Source of the DNA: Caecitellus pseudoparvulus | Lineage: Eukaryota; Protista; Bigyra: Bicosoecida | Direction of reading: 5' to 3' | DNA length: 64,000 nt | Assembly (NCBI GenBank): GCA_965644315.1 | Contig: CBFFRQ010000031.1 | Coordinates: forward strand, 496,001-560,000 | Part shown: positions 35,511-46,315 of the stretch, in pieces | Numbering within the stretch: the first letter of the stretch is position 1 | Layout: the number at the start of each line of letters is the position of its first letter | Position numbers and translations under genes: made by a program | Notes under the pieces: model-generated | Told to the model about the DNA's origin: nothing | What the model saw: only the letters and a program-made list of their open reading frames with translations | Databases searched by the model: none

Positions 35511-37067
35511 ATGGCGTCGGATTCAGGAGGCATCAAGGCCAAGTTCCAGCGTGCTGGCTACATGTGGAAGCTCCCCATGAAGGAGTGCGTGGTGGCGCCG
35601 ATTTCCGCTCGCGGCACTGCACCTGCACCTGCAAGTCCCGAGCTCTTCTCAGCACGCGCTCTGAGAAGTGGCAGCGCCGGCTGTTCATGGCCAAGGATGG
35701 ATTCCTGTTGTACTATGACCCCAAGAAGTCCCCCGAGGACCCCCATTTCGACAACAAGCCAAAGGTGAGGCGCAGAGCGCGCTGTGTGCAGCCGTCGCCG
35801 CGGCGCCCGTCACAGCGCCTGCCGAAACAGTGCATTCACCGATGCTGGGCTGCCCCTGCAGGGTGTCATTCCCCTGGGTGGCTGTTCAGTGGAGCTCATC
35901 GAGCGTGGGCCCAAGGAGTCTGGCATGCACGGGTTGAAGGTGACGCACCCTGACTTCTACACGGGGCGCCACCTGGTGCTGTGTGCCGAGAGCGAGGATG
36001 AGCAACGCGCCTGGTTCGACGCCCTGAACGACTGCGGCCGCGTGACCATGGAGAACGCCCTGCTGGGCGAGAAGATGATCCGGGAGCTGAAGGAGCAGGG
36101 CGCCAGCACAGAGGCCCAGCGCGAGGCAGCCCTGGCCCAGCTCAAGTCGCAGAAGCAGCGGCTGGAGGAGGAAGCTGCCGAGCGCGCGCGCCTGGAGACG
36201 GAGGCGGAGGAGGCGGAGCGCCTGCGTGCGGCACAGGCCAAGGCGGAGGAGGAGCGTGCGCGCCTGGAGGCGGAGCTGGCAGCCCAGGTCGCCGCCGTGG
36301 ACGCGGCACGCACGGAGCGGGAGAAGGCCCAGGCGGAAGCGGAGGCGGCCGCGGCGGCTGCAGCTGAGGCGGGCGCCTCGGTGGAGGTCAGCGAGGCGGC
36401 CAAGGCGGAGATGGAGGCCAAGGCCAAGGCGCTGGAGGCGGAGAAGGCGCGCATGGAGGAGCTGGCGTCCAAGTTGGAGAGCCAGGTGGACGAGATGTCG
36501 GGTGCGCGGCAGGAGCTGACTCGGGAGCTGGATGCCATGCGCCTAGAGGCGGAGGAGATGACGGCCAAGGTGGAGGACAGCGCCAAGCTGGCGGACAAGC
36601 TGAAGAAGGAGCAGTCCAAGCGCAAGAAGCTGGAGAAGAAGCTGCGCATCGCAGAGGACAGCTTGAAGCGCCTGGATGAGGCCCTGCGCCGCTCCGGCGT
36701 GAAGCTGGACATCGACGTCTTCGCCGACGTGCGCACGCTGCGCTCCTTCTTCGAGGAGCGTGTGGAGGAGGTCAAGCGCGACGCGCAGAAGATCGACACG
36801 ATGAAGGCTGCGCTGGGCGCCAAGAAGAAGTACAAGGCGGCCAGCGGGTCCCTGGAGAAGGAGGGCGATGCGGCCAACCCCGCCTCTGTGCCTGCCGCCG
36901 CGGCTGCCGCAGCGGCCCCGAAAGGCGCCACCCCCCCCGCTGAGCCCACGCCGGCGGCGGGCGCCTCCGGCTCCAGCGCACCGCCCGCCTCCAAGCCACC
37001 CCCCAAGTCCACTGCGCCGCCCAAGTCTGTGCCGCCCCCCAAGGCGACGGCCCCCCCCAAGCCGTGA
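35511..37067 (+). CDS. PH-domain + coiled-coil protein, PLEKHD1-like (2 introns)
   Basis: KWQRRLFMAKDGFLLYY, PKGVIPLGGC, LCAESEDEQRAW, GRVTMENALLGEKMIRELKEQG, then a long E/A/K/R coiled coil and a Pro-rich tail. Confidence 0.85.
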
Positions 37068-37245
37068 AGCCGCCGCTACACTGCGGCAGCAGACGAGCCT
37101 GAGGCGACTCTTGCCTGCTGACAAATGTACACCCATCGCCAAGCACACACCACTGCTCCACTGGGCCCCTGCTGCGCCAACGTCAACTGCAGCACGCTCC
37201 CTGCCCAACCCCTGCCACGCCGACGACTGCTCCCCGCGCTGCGCA

Positions 37246-38361
37246 ATGGCAGCGCCAGCCCCCAGCTCCGTGGCGGCCCACGCCAAGGCAGCCTCCACAG
37301 ACACACACACGAAGAAATGGGCGACACAGGTGTGCACGCGCCCGCTCCCGAGCCCTCCCTGCGTCCCCTTGCAACGCTGCTCCCTGGTGCAAATACCGCA
37401 GGCGCTTGTGCAAGACCCGTCCATGGAAGACACCAAGCAGAAGGTGCGTGCAGGGCGCGACGCCTACGTGCACCTTCACCCCTCATGTGTGTGGAACTGG
37501 CCCCCCCTTGCCGTGCTGCAGCTTGCCAGCCGCCCAGGGCTCGCCTCGGGAGTGGCGCCGGTGGACAGCGTGCCTGCGGCACACGGCGCCAGCAGCTCAG
37601 GCGCTGCACAAGGCGCTGCACAAGGCGCCGGAAGCGCCCAGAGCCCAAGTAAACGTGCCCTCATGCCGACAACCGCCTTCAAGCAGAATGCCCGCCTGGG
37701 GCGCGGCGGGGCGGGGCACCGGGGCGCCGCCGCCGACGCTGCGAGCTCCGCAGCGCAGGCGCGTGCCTTTGACAAAAACATCCAGCAGCTGCGCGGCATC
37801 TTCGCGGGCTTCGACGAGAACCGCGACAACTCCCTGCAGCGGGGAGAGCTGGTGAACGCGCTGCTGTCCCTGGGCATCCGCCCCACGGACAGCCTGCTGA
37901 AGGAGTACTTCGACGCGTCGCCACACAGCGACAAGGTAGACCTGGCCACCTTCCTGGACGTCTCCATGCGCTGCCTGGGCGGCGCCGCCACCATCTTCAG
38001 CGAAGTCATGGAGGTGATGCGGGAGGCGGACGGCGACAAGACGGGGCGCCTGGCAGTGCCCTCCCTGCGGCACCTGCTGCAGCACGTGGAGACGGGCACC
38101 CAGCTGACCAGCGAGGAGACAGAGGACTTCCTGAAGATGATCGGCATCTCGGACCTGCTGGGACAGGCCCAGCGCAGCCACGCAGTGAAGGTGGCCAACG
38201 GCACTGCTCGCCCCGGCGCCCGTGCGCCCTCCGAGTCAGACTTCGAAGTGAACTACGCCGCCCTCATCGACGACATGCTGTTCGTGGACCGGGAGGCGGC
38301 GGGGGGCGGGCGCAAGGGCAGGGGGCGCAAGGCCAGCACGCTGGCGCCCCCGCGCCTGTGA
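37246..38361 (+). CDS. Calmodulin/centrin-like EF-hand protein with N-terminal extension (probably 2 in-frame introns)
   Basis: LRGIFAGFDENRDNSLQRGELVNALLSLG, KVDLATFL, ADGDKTGRL, LTSEETEDFL, VNYAALI. Confidence 0.8.
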   Translation: MAAPAPSSVAAHAKAASTDTHTKKWATQVCTRPLPSPPCVPLQRCSLVQIPQALVQDPSMEDTKQKVRAGRDAYVHLHPSCVWNWPPLAVLQLASRPGLASGVAPVDSVPAAHGASSSGAAQGAAQGAGSAQSPSKRALMPTTAFKQNARLGRGGAGHRGAAADAASSAAQARAFDKNIQQLRGIFAGFDENRDNSLQRGELVNALLSLGIRPTDSLLKEYFDASPHSDKVDLATFLDVSMRCLGGAATIFSEVMEVMREADGDKTGRLAVPSLRHLLQHVETGTQLTSEETEDFLKMIGISDLLGQAQRSHAVKVANGTARPGARAPSESDFEVNYAALIDDMLFVDREAAGGGRKGRGRKASTLAPPRL

Positions 38362-38367
38362 GCCAGC

Positions 38368-38375
38368 AATGCATT
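38368..38375. terminator. Palindromic AATGCATT, a candidate shared 3'-end processing signal for two convergent genes
   Basis: It occupies the 12-nt gap between the EF-hand stop (38361) and the PARP stop (38374), overlapping the latter. The same hexamer lies near many other stops. Confidence 0.55.
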
Positions 38376-40558
38376 ACGCGTCACTGAAGTGGAAGTCCAC
38401 CAGGCACAGGAAACGCAGCCGGCACTGGTCTTCCGAGTACACCACGTACTCGTTGTACAGCAAGTCGCCATCCTCCTCCACGTCCACACCCTTGGCATCC
38501 ACCACACGGTCTCCCGCCCCGGCCCCGCCGCCCTCTGCACCAGCCCCAGCACTCGCCGTGCCGGCAGCTGCGGCGGCGGCGGCGAGCTTGGCTGCCGCTG
38601 CCACATCCAGGTCCTCCTCGTCGCTGTCGTCGCTGCCACTGCCGTCAGCGGCGTGCCCGGGCGCCTGAGCAGCTGCCCCGCCCTGCCCTGCGTTCACGCC
38701 TGTCAGGGGGCCCACTGGCAGCAGAGACGTCTCCAGTGATGGGCCCAGGAAGGCGTCCAGGTCCTGGATGGTGTCAGCAGCCGCGCCATCCTCCGCCGCC
38801 GCCAGGGCCGTCTCCAAGCTGCCTCGCAGCTCCCCCAGGTGCCCCTGCTGGCCCGCCCCACACACTTGGCGGCCCATGCCCAGCGTGCTGTGGTGGGGCG
38901 CGGGCGGCCGCCCCTTGATGTACTCTGCCTTGGCCAGCTGGTACTCACGCCCTGTGAACACCTCGGACAGCAGCAGGACGCCCTGGCCCCCTGCATCCCC
39001 TGCGAAGCAGTAGTTCGCCGACTTGGACGCGCAGTCCGCGAAGTAGATGCCCTTGCCGAACATGTACCCCGTGCTGGGCGCCTCGGGGGGTGCCACCCGC
39101 AGCCCCTGCGACAGAATGCCCACCATGTTGCTCAGCCGGCTGCCGTGCCACAGCAGGCGGGTCGGCGGGACGCCCCGCTGCCCCGCCAACTCTGCGAAGG
39201 GCGTGAAGCGAGGACCCTGCCCCTTCAAGTCCACTGCGAACACCTCCCGCAGAGACAGCGTGTAGTCCGTGTGGGTGGGCGCGTGGGTGCCGTGGATGGC
39301 CCCTTCGATGGAGCGCCACAGCGGCGTGGTGGGCGGCACGTGCAGCATGCGCGCGCCCATGGCCTTGTACGCGAAGTCCACTGGGTTCACGTTCTTCCGT
39401 GTCACCTTCAGTGCCCGCATGGCGATGTCCACCTGCGTCAGCGTGTACAGCGTCTCCTCCAGCTCAGCCAGCTTCTCCAGCGAGAACACCGTGGGCGGAA
39501 CAGAGAAGCCGAAGGAGTGTGGGATGGTGGAGTAAAAGTCATTGGACAGCTCCCGCGCCCGCGGACGGTCCCCGCTCTTGATGGCGCCCTCCAGCTTGCT
39601 CAGAATGCGGTACCCCATGCCCAGCTGCTTGCGGCTCAGCTTGCCGAGGGGCGCCCGCTTCAGGTCGATGTTGAGGGAGGCAAGCGTGGCCGACAGCGCT
39701 GACACGTCTGTCAGGCGCTTCACGAGCTCCTGCACGGGCGGGGGCAGCGCGCTGGGGGGTGGTGGCGTGCTGTCGGCTCGGCGGCGCTTCTTGCTGGCGC
39801 TGCCCGGCGTGCCGCTGCCCCCCTCTGCCTCCTCTTCCTCCACATGGTCCACATCCACGACACGGTAGTGCCCCGGCACGGGCGCTGTGCCTGAGCCCCA
39901 TGCTCTCCCTGTCTTGCTCTCGAAAATGCTCGCATACTTCGCCAACGCGGGGGCCAGGCTGGAGAAGGGGTATCCCCGGTGCTGCCCCTTGTACCCGATG
40001 CGGCCGTTGTTGGAGAAGACGATGAAGGGCTGCTCTGCCCCTGGCCCGTCGTCCGCCACCAGCAGTGCCAGGGAGTAGAACTTGTTGTTGTTGGCGGCGG
40101 CGTCGGTCTTGTTCAGCATGACGGCGTGCAGGTCCCCCTCCTCCCCCACGTGCACCGAGTACTGGGCGCGCTGCTCGAAGATTTTGGGCACGGCCAGCTT
40201 GGCAAGAGAGGAAGCCTTGCCCTTGGCGCGCTTGGTGCCGCGCCTGGCCCTGCCGCGGCGTGGCGGGCTGCCCATCGCAGCTGCTCGCTGCTGCACTGCG
40301 CCAGTGATGAGCTCCTTCACCAGCTCCTTGTGCTGCGAAAGCTTGAAGTCCACCTTGGTCTGCAGCTGCTTCTTGAACTGTCCCAGCTTCAGTGCCTTCA
40401 AGTCAGGCACCTCCGCGAGTTGCTGTGGGAGGTGGACACGCTCGTCGTGGGGTTTCGGCGTCGTTTCAAACACTTTCCGCACGAGCACTTACCGCTTCGA
40501 TGAGCGGCGCCAGCGTCAGCGCCACCACGCTGGCATCCTCCTTGACAGCACCTGCCAT
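38374..40558 (-). CDS. Poly(ADP-ribose) polymerase, PARP2/3-like: DEK-C-like, WGR, regulatory and catalytic domains (intron 40492-40423)
   Basis: NNNKFY..GRIG (WGR), PLGKLS, LSNDFYSTIPHSFG, LLWHGSR, PPEAPSTGYMFGKGIYFAD..SKSANY, LLYNEYVVY (H-Y-E triad intact). A GTAAGT..CACAG intron links MAGAVKE...LIEA to QLAEV. Confidence 0.95.
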
Positions 40559-40705
40559 GTCACTTTGTAACAATCTCAGCCCGGACACACCCTGCCGTCA
40601 CGCTTCAAGGGTTGCCGCTGACGGGAAGTGAGTGGGAGGGGTTGGATTGTGCTGCGCCGCCGCTGCTGCCTGGAGTTGCGCAGGCACCAGCGCAGTGCAA
40701 GGAAA

Positions 40706-42599
40706 TCAAGCAGTTGACGTCATCTCCACTTCGCCGCCTTGCCCTGCGTCCTCCTCGCCGTCGTCCTTGGGAGTGGGCGCCACGGCAGACTGGGTCCAGG
40801 AGCCAGTGGAGACGGGGGCACCACCGTGGTCGGCGTCGTCCTCCCCTTCCTCTGGCGCGGTGGTGCGCACAAGGGGGTACGTGTGGTCCTCGCTCAACAG
40901 CCCCGTCTCCTCGTCAGGCTGTCCAAACTCGTTGGGGAAGCGGTCCGCGTCCTCCACCGCCCACACCTCGCGGTCGTCGTACAGCGACAGGGGCGCGTTG
41001 CAGAGGGGCAGCTTGAGCAGCAGGCCAGTGAGCAGGCCACCCACCAGGGCGTACCCCAGCACCAGCGCCACGGCAGCTGCCTGGAAACCAGCCACCTCCG
41101 TGGCGCTCCGCCCATTGCCTCGCTCAGGGAAGATGGTGGTGAGGGAGGGGCCGTACGCGTCGGTGTCCGCTCGGTATGCCACGACGGAGGAGATGAGGCC
41201 GGCCAGCAGGCCCGGGATGCCGTGCAGGTACAGCACCCCGCAAGTGTCCTCCACGCCCACGACGTCAGCCATGAACGGGCCGATGTACGCGAAGCCCAGG
41301 GTGGACACGGTGCCTGCCAGCAGCCCAACGAAGATGGCGCCGGAGGGGTGCACGATGAAGTTGGCAGATGTGCCGATGGCGACGCCGCCAGCCAAGGTGG
41401 CGTTCTGGATGTCCTCCGTGGACAGGCGCCCTCGGCGGGCCAGGTGGGACACCAGGAAGGCGCTGACAGCAGAGCCACACAGGGCCAGGACGGTGTTGAC
41501 GATGGCGCGCTGCTGGCCGGTGGGGTCGCCCAGGGCGCTGTTGAAGCTGGGCCAGAACGCCCACAGGAAGAGCGTGCCGATGAAGGACGTGACAGCGTTG
41601 GTGCGGGAGGTGTAGGGGCTGCCTCGCGCGCCCTCAGTCTTGCCCAGGACGAAGGAAACGGCGACGCCGAACAGGGCGCCGAAGGCGTGCACGACGATGG
41701 AGCCGCCGATGTCGGTGATCTTGAACTCCTTCACCAGGATCTCCTCGTGCAGGGTGAAGAGCAGGTTCTGGATGAAGGCCATGACGGCCAGCTGCAGGGG
41801 GCTGGTGCGCCCCAACACGGCGCCGAAGGCGATCAGCACAGCGGCGGCGGCGAAGTCCCCTGTGATGAGGTCCTTCACGGACACCGTCACGTCTTCGAAG
41901 CTCTTGCCGCCGATGACCAGGGACCAGAAGTGGTGGGTGAGGATGTTCCACTGGATCACCAGGACGCACAACAGGAAGTTCAGGCCTGGGGCGCGGCGCG
42001 GGGAGCGTGAGTGGGTGCTGGTTGGCCAACCTTCTGTGTTGTGGCGCCACGAAGGGCAGCCACTTGCACACAGAGGCGCCGCGCATCACGCACCGACAGC
42101 AGACCAGCTGTAACGGGACAGAAACGTCATCAAGAAGGCAAAGCCAACGAACATCATGATGTGGACATCTTGGAACATGCTGTGGGGCGCGAAACAGCCG
42201 GCAGTGTGTCAGCCTGCAAAGTGCACTGCACCTGGCGCGCCACGCACGGATACAGCTGCGCATTGGCGTCCACCTCAGCCTTGGCCTTGACCTGGTCGGC
42301 AGCGAACTGAGCCGCTTGCGCCACAGTCGCGTTGGTCCCAGGCGGGTTCACAGTCGTGTACGTGTTGAAGGGTCCGTACTCGGAGCCCGCCGCGAAGAGC
42401 TGAAGTGGGGGAAGTTGGGGCAAGTGTGTGCGAGCAATGGCCCCACGCCTCCGCAGGGATGGCTGCCATGACGCACGACAAACATGAACAGCTGCCAGAG
42501 GCCGATACAGGTGACAAAGCCCCAGTCCACACCCCGTGTGGCGCCGGTGGGCACCAGGTGTGAGTGGGCCACCTTCGAAGCATCGCGCGTTTCGCTCAT
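40706..42599 (-). CDS. Rh-family ammonium/gas channel (3 introns)
   Basis: [89 protein letters not shown]. Confidence 0.95.
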
Positions 42600-42833
42600 C
42601 GTGCATAAGGTCGCGCAACGATCCGGTGATGCCTGACGACTGCTGCCTGGACCACAATCGGTGAGCAGGGAGTGGACAGTGCAAGGGGACGTGCAGAGGA
42701 GCACGGTGTGGTGGGTGTGTGTGGGAGGAATGAGTTTGCTTTCGCTCTGCAAGTGAGGCAGACGACTGAGAATCTCGTGACAGGTCAGCTGCCAGCATCA
42801 GCCGGGCTTCAACACCCCACTGCCACCCCCCCC

Positions 42834-44693
<1,860 letters not shown>

Positions 44694-44798
44694 GGTGTCG
44701 TCGGAAGTTATGTTGAGATGAAGTACAAGGTGTGAAAGCAGCGCGTTGGATTCAGAGGCCGTGTGTGCTTGAGATTTGGACTGATGGCGCAATGGTCA

Positions 44799-46088
44799 TC
44801 AGCTGTCTGCGTAAGGTGCGGCGCCTTCATCCTCCGACGCGCCCTCCCCCCCCCACCCACCGTGAGCCGGCTCGCCAACCCCCAAAAACCGCTCCAAGGC
44901 AGCCCTCGTGTCCCCTCCCTCACCTCCCCAGCCGTCCTCCGCCTCGCGTGCGGGACGCTTTGCGGCTGGCTCAGCACTCGGTGAGCTGTGCTCGGCACCC
45001 CCCCCTTCACCCCCCCCCTCCACCTCCCGCCTGCGCTTGGCACCACGTGGGGCTGGTGGCGCGGGGAGCCTGGGCACTCTAGGCGTGTCGGCGCCCCCCC
45101 CCTCGCCGTACCCGCCCAGCGGCTTCTTCAGGATGTACACAGGGTGCTGCCCCCCCCACTCCGACGTGTCAGGGGGCAGCCGCAGCCGCGTGACAGAGTG
45201 AAACCCCATGCCCTGCACCAGCTGCGCGTTGAAGTCCTGAGGCATGAGGTGCAGGAACAAGTGCAGGGCTCCTCGAGGCGTGTACCGCTGCTGTCGCCGC
45301 CCTCGCCGACTGCCCGTGAACACCACGCCGTCGCCGCAAGGGTATGACCCAGCCCGCTGGGCCTGCAGGACAAAGATGCCGCCTGGCTTCAGAACACGCA
45401 GTGCCAGCGCGAACAGGTCCAGCACGCCGGTGTCACCCTGCTGCAGGTGCAGCCACTTGGTCAAGTTCCACGCCAACACCACATCGTATGCGGCACTGGG
45501 GTGGCTGCGGCGGTGCTCCACACGGCAGAGGTCCCCCAGGCGGAACACAGCCGGAACACGTTCGCTGGCGACAGGGGTCTTGGCCGGCATCATGGGCCCA
45601 TGGTCGATGGGCAGGCTGAGCGGGAAGGGGCCATGTGCTGCCAGAGAGGGGGGCAGGCTCGGCAACGCAGGTCCAGGTGCTGCGTTGCCGTCCCTGGCCG
45701 CCTCCTCCTCGGCACTGACGACTTGCGCGTGCAGGCGCCGGGCACGGGTGAGCAGCTTGGAGTCAATGTCCACGCCCACGACGAGGGAGGGCTCGTAGTC
45801 CCGCGCGATCTGCACGCTGCTGTAGCCGGCGCCACAGCCCAGGTCCAGCACTGTCGCACCCTGCAGGCGCACCAAGGGGTGCTGCGCCAGAGCATGCACA
45901 CGCGGATCCCCAAGCGCGTGCCGGTCCTCCTGTGGGCCCCTTCCAAAGTTGTACCCCCTCCATCGATCGTAGTTGCCGTACAGGTCCGGCGGGAGGGAGG
46001 TGCGGTGCCGTCGCCGCCGCCGCTGCGAGCCTGCGGATTTTGCCCCTGCACCGCCCGAGGCAGCAGCACTTCCCGTGGGCTCAGACAT
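44799..46088 (-). CDS. Bin3/MEPCE/BCDIN3-family SAM-dependent RNA methyltransferase
   Basis: YGNY, DPR, VLDLGCGAG, VGVDIDSKL, YDVVL..LTKWLHLQQGDTG, LKPGGIFVL. Confidence 0.85.
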   Translation of the reverse strand: MSEPTGSAAASGGAGAKSAGSQRRRRRHRTSLPPDLYGNYDRWRGYNFGRGPQEDRHALGDPRVHALAQHPLVRLQGATVLDLGCGAGYSSVQIARDYEPSLVVGVDIDSKLLTRARRLHAQVVSAEEEAARDGNAAPGPALPSLPPSLAAHGPFPLSLPIDHGPMMPAKTPVASERVPAVFRLGDLCRVEHRRSHPSAAYDVVLAWNLTKWLHLQQGDTGVLDLFALALRVLKPGGIFVLQAQRAGSYPCGDGVVFTGSRRGRRQQRYTPRGALHLFLHLMPQDFNAQLVQGMGFHSVTRLRLPPDTSEWGGQHPVYILKKPLGGYGEGGGADTPRVPRLPAPPAPRGAKRRREVEGGGEGGGAEHSSPSAEPAAKRPAREAEDGWGGEGGDTRAALERFLGVGEPAHGGWGGEGASEDEGAAPYADS

Positions 46089-46315
46089 GCCCCCTCACGG
46101 CTGCCAAAGGCGCACACTTCAAGAAGGAAATGTACACACGGTGAACCAGAGGCTGCATGCCCCTGCGAGCCTGCCAGTACCCGCACCGGTCCCGTTTTGC
46201 TTCCATGCCGTTGCGTGCAGACGAAGGGTTTTGTGGGTGCCTCGCAGGTGCACGGTGCACTCCCCGCACCACCGAACCAAGTTGCATTGCACCTAGCACG
46301 CCTCTCCCACACCCC

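Noticed and set aside
36868-37245. N-terminal part of the 497-aa ORF overlapping the PH gene
   Set aside because: Alternate-frame read-through of the upstream gene's Pro-rich tail; the plausible start is ATG 37246.
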